Below are positions 13,301 through 27,096 of a stretch of 64,000 bases of DNA, one piece after another. Origin of the DNA: Magallana gigas (Eukaryota); assembly GCF_963853765.1 (NCBI RefSeq), contig NC_088855.1, forward strand, positions 41,726,001 through 41,790,000. The letters run 5' to 3'. The notes under the pieces were generated by a model. That model saw nothing but the letters and a program-made list of their open reading frames with translations. It searched no databases and was not told the DNA's origin. A program made the translations under genes and the position numbers. Every line of letters starts with the position of its first letter. Positions within the stretch are counted from its first letter, which is position 1.

Positions 13301-13378
13301 TTTACCTTTCATGGACTTTTGTCCCCTATTTGGTTTCTTGACTATCGGAAATGCGCTTGTTATCTGTTTTGCAGCCAT
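10360..13378 (-). CDS. POLD4: DNA polymerase delta subunit 4 (p12), 106 aa
   Basis: Exons 13378-13306, 11286-11173, 10735-10627, 10384-10360 splice in frame: MAAKQITSAFPIVKK (PIP-like)...LKNFDLTLEFGPCTGITRLERWERAQKHGLNPPDEVKDILLK...CLWKDYEI*. Absent from the ORF track. Confidence 0.93.
11753..12003. mobile_element. MITE with ~30-bp TIRs in POLD4 intron 1
   Basis: TAGAACTATTTTAACAAGAGCTTGGACT at 11753 versus AGTCCAAGGTCTTGTTAAAATGGTTCTA ending at 12003. Confidence 0.72.
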
Positions 13379-13900
13379 GGCAGAATATCTAAGTTTTGTT
13401 GTAGTTAGGACGAATCGACGATATCAAGGTTGTTTTACGATATTACGTCATATCCGGTTTACAAGTTTTCATTAAAATTTACTTGGATATTTCGTAATTT
13501 TTCAATTTTGTTTAATTTCAGTATGTGAATGAGATTTCATAAGATTGAAATGAAAAATATCTTTACTCTGTTAATGTTACTGTTCTACAAATTGAAACAA
13601 TAGCGTCCTTTCCATATTAGATCCATGGGGAAGTAATCGATACAATGAAGTAATGTGCATGCGCATTGACACGAAAGGAAATCAAGATTTGTGTGAAGTC
13701 CTCCCAAAGAGGGGTCTGCAGTTCAGGCTCAGTGATCTTTCGATACTTTAATTATCGAAATAACCACAGTATATTTGGTAATTGAATACATTGTTACTTA
13801 TTGTAAAATGAGCTGTTTTCCGTTATAGTGAAATGTCATACAACTAAAGCTATTTAAGATGTAAGATGGCGGGTCATTTTTGCATAATTTTATGCACGGT
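13379..13900. promoter_or_regulatory. Probable bidirectional promoter between POLD4 and LIS1
   Basis: Head-to-head genes; locally CpG-retaining DNA; TCATATCCGGTTT (ETS-like) at 13448-13460; YY1-like AAGATGGCGG near 13863. Confidence 0.5.
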
Positions 13901-14864
13901 TTTGTGGAATAAATCATCAAATGAAACTATGTCCTAAACGACCTCCAATGTTTTGGAAAGTGACTATAAAAGTTTCTTGTAGTCTTACAATAGATCAAGT
14001 GTCAATCGCTGAATTAATTCATTTCAATCTTGTTGTAAATATGCATGTTTACAATCATCATGATTATAATTATTTGCAAGGAATTGTCACATCATATATG
14101 AGGCATCAAAACACTTATTTATATAACCAGGCAATATACAGATATATGAAATTAAATTTAGGAGTTATACATTTTTGTTGATTGAAACATGAAATCGCAA
14201 TATGTTGTAAGCACTCTGTCCCAGATTTTTAATGCCTTCAGTTCTTGTTGATTTTCTTGAAAATTCTCATGCATATTTGCCAAGAACATTTGCAATGTAG
14301 ATGTAAGGTAAAATTTTCTCTTTGACACTTGACATGAAATTAACAAGAATGGGAACAAATTTCTAAAGGGAATATTATCCATTCATTATTTCTCGGAACA
14401 AACAAGGACTTGCAAATCATTTGAAATGATTTAAGACTTTATCTTTAGTTAGTTGTGTCCTTCACCATGACACAATAGAGGGGACTTCTTGGACTCTTTT
14501 CATTCTATTGATTGAACAAAGGTTGGATGTAAATATTTATGTGAATATGGAAATATTGTGTAAAATGTGAAGGAAATTGGAACCTGTGATAAAGTGTTAA
14601 TAAGGTTTTTCTAATGGAATGAAAAATAAGAGAATTTTGTAAGCATTGCATGATTGATTTGATTTTAGCTAACATTTACGACAAAAAATCCACACTTGAT
14701 CCACCCTTTTTTATCAATGTAATTAAAATGTTTAAGCAAGCAAATAGAAATTCTGTTGGATAAAAATGCTACAGCTATGCATAAAATTTAAACAGTTTTT
14801 AAAACAAAAGAAGAGAAAAACTATGGTAGGTGGCAGAGAAAATGAAAGCAAACTTATATGAGTA

Positions 14865-15079
14865 CTGGGGAATTATTAGAATTCATGTTGGGTCAATTTT
14901 TGTGGTATTCATAAGTAGTCCTACCCCACAAATTTATATCTTTGACGAAAACAAAATTGTGAAGTGTTATCTATCTTACTGAAACTGCATCCATGAAATT
15001 ACATCCCCACAAATATTATAAAGCAAAAAAATGCAATCCACAAAAATTGGCCCCCACAATTTTGAATGATTGCTTACTA
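14865..15079. mobile_element. Degenerate copy of the TA-flanked CTGTGG..CCACAG MITE family
   Basis: TACTGGGGAATTATT...GCAATCCACAAAAATTGGCCCCCACAATTTTGAATGATT; similar to the copies at 39179-39389 and 51495-51717. Confidence 0.6.
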
Positions 15080-15269
15080 CATGTATTTGTTATGACATTA
15101 ATTATTATTAGATCTGAAGTGTGCCAACCTTGTAACACATTTTAAGTTTCTATTCTATATTGTAAACTTAATATGTTGTCTTATTCATATTTCAGGTTGG
15201 TTTTTGAAAATGAAATAAAAAAGACCCCTTTTAAATTCTCCTGACATTTCGGAAGTATTCAAAACAAAA

Positions 15270-17992
15270 ATGGTTTTATCACAAAGACAAAAAGATGAAT
15301 TGTAAGTACACAAAACTAAATGCATATTTTTAGCCAGTGTAATAAACTTTTTTTTTCAATTGAATGTCTCATTATATATTTGGTTATTTTTTATGCAGAA
15401 ACAGAGCTATTGCTGATTATCTTAGCTCAAATGGATACCTTTCAGCACTAGGTGAATTTCAAAAAGAAGCCAGTTTGGTAAGTTTGTAGGTTCCTGTTGT
15501 AAAATCATCCATTATTCGAAAAAATCATGAAAAATTTTGGTGGTTTTTTTTTCGTGATTTGCATTCTTAAAGATATTTTAACGAAAAATTTAACTCTGCA
15601 GCCAGGAGATATAGATAAGAAATATGGCGGCTTGCTTGAAAAGAAATGGACGTCAGTTATCAGATTACAGAAAAAGGTATGTACATATTGAAAAGCAGAC
15701 AGGATGGGTAAATTTGACAAGTCAATTAAGTTTGCAAAATGTACTGTAAACTATGTTTGGATATTTACGGTACTAAAAGATATAAAAGAAAAAAGCAAAA
15801 GTAAACACAAGTGAATAAAAGCATGAATAGGATAGGACTTTTTTAAATTTACAAGTTTAATAAGACAGCATCAGTAAAATGTATCAGACAAGGCAAACAT
15901 AAAGAGAGGATATGTTATTGTAGGTCATGGACCTAGAAGCAAAGCTGTCTGAAGCAGAGAAAGAGTACAATTCAGGAGGGCCATCTCGTGACCGTCGCAG
16001 TCCAGCAGAGTGGATCCCCCGACCCCCAGAGAGGTACACGCTCAGCGGTCACCGAAGCCCAGTCACAAGGGTCGTGTTTCACCCTACTTATAGCATCATG
16101 GTGTCATCCAGTGAAGATGCAACAATTAAGGTTACTTTTTGTTCTTGCATGGTTTTAGCTTTGCTGTACAGGTTTATGTTTTGAGAGAAAATTCTATAAA
16201 ATAGACACATTTTTGTATATTTGCCTTTCCAACAGCTTTGGGATTATGAGACTGGTGACTACGAAAGAACTTTAAAAGGCCATACAGATACTGTGCAGGA
16301 CATAGCTTTTGATCACACCGGAAAGTTTTTGGGTAAATCATCTTTATAATAATATGAACAGTTTTAATTATTCTGAACCCAACATTTTGGTCTTATAAAA
16401 AGTCAACATTGTAAAAATAAAAATGTTTAATTGCTAAGTACTACAGCCATCAGTAAATTAAGTAAATTGAAACCCATTTTGTCTGAAATCAGACATCAAT
16501 TTGATATTATAATTGTAAAGAAAACTAAATTCAAGAAAAAAAAGCTTCTGAAATAAAGGTATTTCTGTGGTAACTATTCCCCAAGAAATTATTTTTCCTT
16601 GTTTATTTTTATTTTTCAGCATCCTGCTCTGCTGATATGAAAATTAAACTTTGGGACTTCACATCATATGAGTGTGTCAAAACTCTGTATGGTAGGTATA
16701 TTGTAGATCAATTTATGCATTGCAATAACATTGCAGTGAACAAAATTAAGACATCGGTTACATTCAAGCATGTACATATATGCTGCAGGTCATGATCACA
16801 ATGTGTCCAGTATTTCGTTTGTGCCAAGTGGAGATCATCTTGTTTCCTCTTCCAGAGACAAAACCATCAAAATGTGGGATGTCAGCACAGGGTAGGCTTA
16901 ACATGACTATTTCATGTTTTTATTACAAATTGTATAAAATATACGCTTCTATTTAAGGAAGCAGGAAATATTTTTAAAACATTGATGCCTAAGATATCCT
17001 CCTTTCTTTTCAGGAAGAGCCTTCTTTCTTTTACTTTTTTTCACATTTTTTTTTGACTCCTTGTTTCATACCTGATAGAATTTCATATAAATGTATATGC
17101 ATGTTTCAATTTTATGGTACAGTGTATGTTATTTTAATGACCAGATTTTGTGTGAAAACCTTCACCGGCCATAGAGAATGGGTGAGAATGGTCAGAGTCT
17201 ACCATGATGGATCACTCTTGGCCAGCTGTTCAAATGACCAGGTATAGTACAGAAAATGCATTTTTTTTTATTTGTAGACCAAGATAAATATTGGGAGATG
17301 AATTGTTTATGTACCTCATAATGAAACAATTCATTTTTTCATGTGAACAAGAGGCAATACAGTATGTTACCTCTAAACTATTTTATATTATGCAAAGGAA
17401 ATGTTTCAGCTTTGTACATCAATTAAATACAATAATGGATTGTCATTTATTGTATTTGATTCAAAGATTTACACATGTACTGATAATTGAAATCTTTGTC
17501 CTTGCCATGACTGACAAAATTTTGATCCCTTTGAAGTCATTCAATACTCCTTTATTCATGAATATTCTCTTATTTTCAGACTGTTAGAATTTGGGTAACC
17601 GCCACCACAGAATGTAAAATGGAGTTACGAGAACATGAGCATGTTGTTGAGTGCATCGCCTGGGCCCCTGAGTCTGCTCAGCCAACAATTAATGAAGCAA
17701 TCAGTGTTGATGTGAGTTGTTAAGATGGTAATGAACAGTGAAAGCAAATCTATTGTGATGGTCTGTAGTATAGTAAATGAAACATCGTTGGTGTGTGTTT
17801 TATTTTAGAACAAGAAGGAGAAGAGATCTGGTCCATTTCTGATATCTGGATCACGTGACAAAACAATCAAGATGTGGGACGTTAGTGTGGGACTGTGTTT
17901 GTTCACTTTGGTAAGTGATGATGCTCCACTGTATAGGAACTTCAAATAAAAAGGAAGAACCATGATTTTGTTTTAAAAGACATGTAGATTTA

Positions 17993-18029
<37 letters not shown>

Positions 18030-18139
18030 ATTCTGATCACTTTTTGTCCGTCGTCCGTCTGTCCGTCCGTCCGTCTGTCCGTCTGTCTGTCCGTCTGTAA
18101 ACTTTTTACATTTTGAACTTCTTCTCTAAAACCGCTTAT

Positions 18140-18171
<32 letters not shown>

Positions 18172-18264
18172 TTATGGGAGGGCGAATATAAATTGCAGAA
18201 ATAAAAGTCCGATCTGTATTCAAAGCGGAGAAAACCTTGAAACTGTAGAAAAAGGGGGGTGCAT

Positions 18265-18295
<31 letters not shown>

Positions 18296-21200
18296 TTCCA
18301 ATTCAACGTAGTTTAGCATAAATTATCCTTATGGGAAGGAAAATATAAATTGCAAAAATTAAGGTCTAATACTGTTTCAAATCTGAGTTATTACGAAAAT
18401 AATAATAAAGGAAAGGCGTGTTTCAATCAGTTTAATAGCCTCGGATTCGGCATCCGGTAAAATGGGTAGACAAGACTTGGCCTGGGCAAAACAAAAGATA
18501 AGCAGTTATTAATCTGCCAATCTCATTAAAATTTCAGGATATTTGATGGACCAGTATATTTGTATTTGCTGTAAATATTGCTGCAAAATAATGCGTATTT
18601 GGAATTGACGATAGCCGATCTGCCCCGGCTTTTATTTTGCCACGGCCCGGTTTTGCTTACCCATTTTACCAAGACTCGTATTCCATACTTCTAAAACGAG
18701 GTTCTTTGTTTAAAGCAGCCATGACATTATACGAAAAAGGGTCGATCTGACTATGATGAATTTGCTTGTTGTGCAACAGTTCGCGTATGAAGGAAAATTT
18801 TTGAAACATGAAAAATATATTGGTGCCGATTTTGTGAAGTAAATTGAGGCTAAATATTTCAATGCGTTGACAGTTTTCACACATGACGTTGATGTTAGCT
18901 TGTTTTGATTTTCGTTTCGTTTTCATTATTTATGCTTTGTAACCTGGAAATGTCGTCTGTATTTCGTGATTTTTACGTATCAAATCAAACAGAGACTTCG
19001 GTAAATCAAACAGTTACGTTAACTGTTTACCTGCGCAAATTAAGCAAAATCTGATGTAGGAGTACTGAAATACAATTCATTCTATCGGTAATTCGGCATT
19101 ATTTTTTGCGTAATGGTAGATTAATGCAATAGGTTTTTGTTAAGATGCTCGGCATTTTCTCTAGTTTATTCAGTTTAAATAGAGTTTGATATCGCTTACG
19201 GAAATATGTAGGTATATACATGTATATATATGATTCATTTCGAAAAAATAAATTGTGTTCTTTATTTGTTATACATGTAGTGCATGTTTCTTGTGTTTAA
19301 TTGTTAACAATTTCTATTTACTAACCATTTTTGAGTGTTTGCTTCGAATTATAATCAAGATACAGAAAATTGCTAGCAATTCTATGTTTGTACACAGATC
19401 TTAAAAGCTAAAGATTAAATCAAAGTACTGATAGTACTGAAAAGCGCTAACCAGCTTCTGTATGTATATAACAGATATATGTATATAGCATTTCAGCTTC
19501 TGTATACGCACTATATTTCCTCATCACTGCATGACAGTCCCTGCAATGATGTATGTAAGCCCCGTACATTAATTTCACAATAACCCGTAAATTAGATTCA
19601 CAATAGCCCGTGCAGTTATGTGCATAAACCTCTGAAACTGGTTCCCTAACCAGTTTAAATGATGTATACTTTTGCTTAGAGGGGGCGGTTATTCGATGCA
19701 CCGGAAGTTGAAGTCTAACGACAATAAAGGGCTGAGCTATGCTTAGCGCTTTAAAAAGTAAAATAATTGTCAATATTTATTACGAAAATTTTCAAAATCT
19801 GTTCTTCCAGAAACCAACTTATTGAATTGTAAACTTAACCTTTTTAGCTCACCTGAGAATAGGGCCACAATGGGGGGTCGAAGTTTAACAAATTAATATA
19901 TAGAGTAAATCTTTAGAAATCCTCTTCTCAGAAACTAATCGGCCAGGAAAGCTGAAAATTGTGTGGAAGCATCCTCAGGTAGTGTAGATTCAAAGATGTG
20001 AAAATCATGACCCCTGGGGATAGGGTGGGGCCACAATGGAGGGTCGAAGTTTAACATATGAATATAAAAAGTAAATCTTTAAAAATCTTCTTCTCAGAAA
20101 GTAATTGGCCAGGAAAGCTGACACTTGTGTGGATGAATCCTTATGTAGTGAAGATTCAAATTTGTGAAAATCATGACCCCCGGGGGTAGGTTTGGGCCAC
20201 AATGGGAGATCGACGTTTTACATAGGAATATACACAGTTAATCTTTAAAAATCTTCTTCTCAGAAACTAATCAGCCAGGAAAGCTGACACTTGTGTGGAT
20301 GCATCCTCAGGTAGTGTAAATTCAAAGTTGTAAAAATCATGACCCCCGGGGGTAGGGTTGGGCCACAATGGGGGATCGAAGTTTAACATAGGAATATATA
20401 TAGTAAATCTTTAAAAATCTTCTTCTCAGTAACTAATTCGAAGGCAAAGCTGGAACTTGTGTGGAAGCATCTTCAGGTAGTGAAGATTCAAAGTTGTGAA
20501 AATCATGACCCCTGGGGGTAGGTTGGGGCCACAATGGGGGATTGAAGTTAAACATATGATTATATACAGTAAATCTTTAAAAATCTTCTTCTCAGAAACT
20601 AATTAGCCAGGAAAGCTAAAACTTGTGTGGAAGCATCCTCAGTTAGTGTAGATTCAAATTTGTGAAAAGCATGACCCCTGGGGGTAGGTTTGGGCCACGA
20701 TGGGAGGTCGATGTTTTACATAGGAATAAACAGAGTCATCTTTAAAAATCTTCTTCTTAGAAACTAATCAGCCAGGAAAGCTGGAACTTGTGTGAAAGCA
20801 TCCTCAGGTAGTGTAGATTCAAAGTTGTGAAAATAATGATCCCCAGGGGTAGGGTGGGGCCACAATGGGGGGGGGGGTCAAAGTTTAACAAAGGAATTTA
20901 TAGGGTAAATCTTTAAAATCTTCTCAGAAACTAATCAGCCAGATGATTCTTTATAATTGTTAAGACTTTGGCCTCAGGACAATTCTTTGGCCTCACGAGA
21001 AGGTTGAGAGTTTACTGTACGTTTATATCCCATAAAAACTATTGTTAGGGATCTTTTTGAGAACTGCAATACTCAACACATGATATGACTATAAAATCAT
21101 CCTGTTAGAAAAGGGACTAATGATTATAAACATTAGAATATCCAGGGGAAAATGGATTTTATTTATACAGGATTTACATGAATTATTGTATATTGTCCAG

Positions 21201-21885
21201 AAAGTTTGTATTATGACTCCATTGAGCTGATTTTATCATACCTATTGTTCCTCAGGTGAGCGATGCGGCCCATGGGCCTCTTGTTTAAAAGAAGGAAGGT
21301 AATTTTCTTTTATCAGGTCTTGATGAAGATGATTATCCACCTTTCAATGCTCTTTTTGAAATATTTTTTTCAAAGCCATTACCACTAAAATCACTTTCAA
21401 AAAACTCTGCTTTCAAGGCTAGTGTTTTATATTGAGACCTCTTTGTATTTTTGTACAGACGGGACATGACAACTGGGTGAGGGGACTGGTGTTCCACCCA
21501 GGTGGCAAGTATATCCTGAGTGCCTCGGACGACAAGACCCTGAGAGTATGGGACATCAAAAACAAGAGGAACCACAAAACCCTGGAGGCCCACTCCCATT
21601 TCACAACCTCTTTAGGTAATTTGATTCTTGACCTTTTGAACTATTTTATGTATATTGATAAGAATTAAGTTCATAATTCGGCTTTGAACATATTGTATGG
21701 TGTAATCAATGGATCAGATACAAATTCTTACAACTTACTTCTCAGTGTCTGTATATACATGTACATTGTAAATCATTTGGTGTGTTTAATGCATGGGATA
21801 TTTTATTTCAGATATGCACAAGAATGCTCCATTTGTGATAACTGGCTCGGTCGACCAGACGATCAAAGTATGGGAGTGTCGTTAG
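15270..21885 (+). CDS. PAFAH1B1: Lissencephaly-1 homologue (LisH + coiled coil + WD40), 408 aa
   Basis: 12 coding exons: 15270-15301, 15399-15477, 15602-15676, 15924-16130, 16236-16332, 16620-16691, 16789-16891, 17145-17241, 17580-17711, 17809-17910, 21459-21615, 21812-21885 (1227 nt). [70 protein letters not shown]. Confidence 0.98.
17994..18430 (+). mobile_element. 5' part of a HINE/Helentron-like element in LIS1 intron 10
   Basis: TTTTTAGCTCACCTGAGCTGAAAGCTCAAGTGAGCTA start, (GTCC/GTCT)n microsatellite at ~18045-18097, then about two degenerate core repeats. Confidence 0.7.
18456..18670. mobile_element. MITE-like segment with ~42-bp imperfect TIRs nested in LIS1 intron 10
   Basis: GGTAAAATGGGTAGACAAGACTTGGCCTGGGCAAAACAAAAG versus CTTTTATTTTGCCACGGCCCGGTTTTGCTTACCCATTTTACC; no clear TSD. 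Confidence 0.65.
19841..21286 (+). mobile_element. HINE/Helentron-like element carrying a Cg170-like 166-bp satellite array (~6.5 monomers, ~19860-20940)
   Basis: Sub-terminal inverted repeats AGCTCACCTGAG (19846) / CTCAGGTGAGC (21251), 3' palindrome GGCCCATGGGCC (21267-21278); CCACAATGG(G)/CCACGATGGG at 19865, 20031, 20197, 20363, 20529, 20695, 20860 (period 166). Monomer resembles the recalled oyster Cg170 satellite. Confidence 0.85.
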
Positions 21886-24800
21886 GAACCAAATTGGCTT
21901 TATCAGACTTTAGTACTGAACTATATAGTTATTTATTACTGCATCATTGTGCTCTTTATACCTGCAAACCACCTCAGTCTTGAGCTGGCAGGATCATATT
22001 TGTCTCGACTCTTGCATACTCAGCTTGCTACTGTGTATATCTGCATTTCCCCTACCCCTGTTGTGCTGTAATTGGAATAGCATTGAGCTGTTCAGTCATT
22101 TTTAAAACCATGTGAAGTTTTACTAAACCCAGCAGGGGCTAAACATTCATGTTTTGAGCCTTTTTAAAAAAATCATTATGCAGTGTCATCAATGGGAAAT
22201 GTGTATTATGGCAAGAGAATAACCAGATATGTGTGCATATCAAAGATGCCAGTAAACTCCAGGGTGAATTGAGTGTTCAGTTGGTTACATACTCAGGATT
22301 TCGAGTCCCGTGTTCAAACCCACATTAAGTGATCTCGGAAAGTTAGATGTCAGATTTTTGCTGGACAGTTGTTTCTGCGTTCTTGGTGAAGGGAGAAATG
22401 TGAGTTGAAACACAACTCAAGTATAGTCATCTATGTATCTTACTGGTGTAACAGTAGGAGGGGGTGTCATATAGATAAACAACATTGTAATAGTTATATT
22501 CAAAGATACTTAGATCCCATTTCATACTGCTGTTGTGGATTAGCATAGGAAACACATATATATGTATTTCTTCATCTTCAATGTTAAAAAAGGTTTTGGA
22601 TCATTTTCTTAAAAGAATTTTCCATTTTCTGAAGATTCCTCACCCCAAATTTATGTAACTCTGTGCATGTATGTGTATTAAACAGACTCTCTTGCAATAT
22701 GTTATTCACAAGCAACTCTTGTCAAAAATAAACAGCTGTTTTCTTTGTGATTTGAAATGGGTGTGAATCATTATGATGTACATGTACCTGTATTTAGAAA
22801 CATTAGCTTTTATGTGATTTTTCTTTTTTGTGGTTAATATTTAATTAGACAGTGTCTGTAGTGATTTGGAAATATCTGTACCATTCAGTGTGTATAGTAT
22901 TTATGCATATGTTCCCTATTATTCCATTCATTTCATTGCCAGTCACATTTACATGTAAAAGGCATGTCATTGATGCTGCTTTGTAAACAGGTTTTATTGA
23001 GGTACCGGTATATATTTTGTGTCGACTATCGGTACATTTGTACTTCTTTTTGACACTTTAATACAAGTTCACTTGAATTGTTGATGAAGTAACTACTGTC
23101 TTTCATACTAAACTGATTACATGAAACAGCAATATTCTAATGTATGTGATTATAACTGTATGAAAATTTTATCCAGTCTATTGCAATGTCTAGAAAAAAC
23201 ACCGGATCCTTTACTAAATTATCCTTAAAATTATTTTTTGAGTTGTGACTCCTGCCTTTTTTAGGATCAATATTATTTTGCCAGTATTCTACAGTATTAT
23301 ACAAATTAATTAATTGTTGTTCTTAAAGGTTGAAAGACAGTATTATCTTTTTCAACAATGTTTAGCACATCAGTATATGTGGAATAGAAATGGTGTTCTT
23401 TTCAAGATTTGAGGTTTGTTGTGACTGAACCAGTTAAGTAGACAACTGTTGACAATCAAAACAAACCTTTGTATCAAGAACTCAGGGAGACTCATACTCC
23501 ATACCCTCCTTTAGCATGTTGCCAAAGGACCAACTTTGTGATTCAATCTTATCAAACCGCAATAGTCAATATCCTGTGGTTTATTTCATTAGTACTCTGT
23601 ATATCCGTAGTTGATAACCGCAAGCTTTTATACTTGCCGAACCCGATGATATTACAGGTTCCAGGTGCTAACTGTCAACCTCCTCCAAGTATGAATTGTT
23701 TTGTTTTGTTATGTTTTCAGCTTGTTGACTGTGATAAACTTCATATTATATTTTTTCTACAAATCTGGTATTACAATGTCAATTTTGTTGAATTTTTTTT
23801 TTTACATTGTTTCTTTTTTACTATTTAAATTGAATTTTGCTGAAGTTGTGTTCCATTGAATCCTCACAAGAAGGGTGTGGCATCTATGCAAAGGATGGGT
23901 GCTGGTGTGTGATGAATTTCTCCTAGGTTGAGATCTCCACATAATCAAACAGCTACAAATATGCAAATCAGGTCCATCAAACCGACCAAAACTTGAAACT
24001 GATTGCAGTTCAATTTGCCTGGTATGTGGACTTGAGATGTGTGGTTGTACCGGATACGTGTATTTCATCTGTACTTGTATAAAATCTTAGTACAGCTGCA
24101 ATACTGTAATGTTGATGCTATTTGTTGATCAAAAGGAAAAGTGAAAGAATCTGGTTTCATATTTACTTGTGGTGTCGCTAAATCACATTTCATGTTTTTA
24201 AGTAAATTTTTGCATTATGTGTTATAAAAAAAATTAAATCAACTAAAAGTAATTCATTATTTAAAAATCAATTGTTTTTGGAGTATATTTTATAATTTAT
24301 TACAGCTTTACTCAGAAAACAAACAAAAAAGAGAACCAAATTAATCCGTCATTCAATATTCATGTCATTGTGGTTTATAGTGTGTATTTATAGTGTTGAT
24401 GTTTGTAGCAAAAGCATTGTTTTATTGCTTTGAGACTTTTCTTTAGTTTCGGTCCATAAAATCCTTTCTTTTCTTGTTTTTCTTGCCTACATTTTACCAA
24501 AACTAAATTGTTTGTGAATTATGTAGGCTGAATTGAGAGGATTTTTTGTGATAATTTTGTCTCTGTCAATGCACCAGCATGAAGAACAATTTGCACCAAA
24601 CCATGGCCAATTAATCTGTTGATTTCAAACAGTCTGTAATCAAATCAATGCTTTTTGCTGTTTGTTAAGCTTTGTGTGATGTCAAAGTGAATATGCCAGC
24701 CTTAGACACAAATCCAAAGTGTAGACAATATTTGCTTGGGACAGAGTTGCTGTCCTGTGCAGTTTGTAGGTATGTGCCGATTTGTGGCTCTTTGAAGGGA

Positions 24801-25699
24801 GAAGTCGCATGACCTTTTTCAGTTGAGGATTTTTAATCTTTGATCTGATTGTTATTGTGTATTATGTCAATAAATCGTAATGCTAATTAACTTGTTATTT
24901 TTCATTGATTAATTCAGTCATTTTGTAATTGATTACTTTAATGTGGATTTTTCTACGTGTATTAATTATACCGGTATTGTAAACCAGCTTTTATTAGCCT
25001 GCAAGAAATTTTTGGAAGATTCGCTAGACCCTTGCCCTCCCGAATGTTTCTCACATGAATCAGTTCTCCAATGTCTCTGGTATATTATTTTCAAGACAAT
25101 CTTCTTGAAAATAAGTCGCGATGATTCAGCTTATCTCCTGTAATTTGTGAAATTGCCGTCATGAATAAAAGTTGGTTTACAGTACACATATCTATGGAGA
25201 TCTGCAAACTGTTGAGTGTGCTTCCTTAAAATTTTATATTTGGGTATGTCTTAAGAGAATACTATCTGATGCATTTCATATACATGACTTCAATGTCAAA
25301 ATTCTCAGATTGATCAGAGAATTTTTTGTTGAATCAATAAATGGTGATTGGGGGAAGGCAGTCCTCTGAATTTTTGGTTGGGTTGTTGTAGGTTTCAATG
25401 ATGTTTTAACTTAATTGTACTCCTATCCAGAGCTTATTACTTATTAAATTTTAGATTTATCCCAAATTATAGCACCCCTTGATAGTAATTAAAATGTAAC
25501 TAATAGCTGTATCAACAAAAATGATATGTAGTCAAGGATCCTCCACACACCTGGGAAAGTTCTGCATACAAACCTGAACGTCTTAATTACTTAAAGATAT
25601 GGATTTCTTGGGTTTAACTTGAAAATGCAAGGTGGGGGGGGGGGGGGGGGGAATCAGTTTGGGGGAAAAGGCAATTTTCAAATATTATTCATCAAAATA

Positions 25700-25790
25700 A
25701 AAGTCGCTGCGGTATTCAAACTTGGGACCTGCGGATGGGTAGCCACAGAGATGCACAAAAAATATTGGCCACATGAACTGTGTTACAATG
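25700..25790 (-). mobile_element. Degenerate tRNA-like (SINE-head-like) fragment
   Basis: Minus strand reads ...GCAGGTCCCAAGTTTGAATACCGC, a B-box/T-loop-like segment; the A box is poorly preserved. Confidence 0.3.
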
Positions 25791-27096
25791 CATTCAAATC
25801 GCCATGTCATGACGAACTGTCATAAAAAAATAGAAGTCGTGGGATGTCGAGGATCCTTAATTTCACAAAGTACCATTGCAGATCAATGTTAAAAAAAAAA
25901 CTAGTCTAGAGCTTTTTTTTTCCTTTTCACACTTTACCTTATCTGGCTACTTCACCCATAGTGTGATTTTAGGATTTGTAGTTACATGTACCTTAATTGA
26001 AACAATTTGATCAGATGTCAAGGTCAAACATCTATGATTTCCTTGACCAGCCAGAACTCCTTTTTGTTGCCTCATAGGAAATGTTAAGTTCATGTAATTA
26101 TTAGCCCTTTACAATGCTTTTCACCCTAATTTCCTGTATAATAAAGTAATGCCAATAATTTGAGATGGCAATTAACCATCTCGATCTGTTTATGTTATTA
26201 TTATTTAGTTTATTAGAGTAAAAATAGCAAATTCTGCCATAGAATTGCATAATATTTGTTGTAAGGGTGTCGTTATGTAAATAGAAAATATTTATTTACT
26301 TTTTTCAATACTATTTAGTTGAATTTATCATTCACATAAGATATTCCAATTTTATCAGTGTTTTAGTTTCATCTTTTTTAAACCGACTCAACATGGCTGC
26401 GCCCAGCAGATGAGGGATGATCGCAACAATTTTGTAGTTTTTGTTTTTACTTTATTGATCCTTTAGCCAAACAATCTGGTATGTTCGATACAGTGATATT
26501 TTATTTTGGTTTCAAATTATTTAATTCTTAAAAACAGACATGTAAAGCAATCTAGTGGTATTATACGTTAAAACAGGGACGTATATATGTTACTGGTGTA
26601 AATAATATAACTTCTGGCGCCAAAATCTCTTGATTACTTTTTTATTTTCAAGATATTTCGCATGCATCCTTCATTTAGTGTGGGGTATTCAATAAAATGA
26701 CAAATAAGTGTTTACTGTAAGACTTAGAGTAAACTCTACACAAACATGATTCGATGTAAGTTGATCTATATAGTTGTATATAATTTTATGCTTACATGTT
26801 GTTTATGAAGTTAGAATTGAAGTCCTGAATGGACAAAATTAATTTTGGCTCAAACTCCTATCATTACAGTATTGTGTAGAGTAATACATGATCTTGCTGT
26901 AAACCATTTTTCCATCGTTGGCAATGATGCATACACTTGTACTGGATGTACGTTTAAATCTTGTCTTTATTATGTTACTCCCTAATTTATTAACTCATTT
27001 TTACAATAGTGTCTTATTTTTAGTTCATTAGCTTTTGATAAAAAAGAAATTTAGGAATTACAAATATATACTTTTGCAGAGAAAGCTGATGTCAAC

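Noticed and set aside
19860-20940. Regularly spaced repeats resembling a CRISPR array
   Set aside because: Whole 166-bp monomers are repeated with no unique spacers; eukaryotic context and no cas genes.
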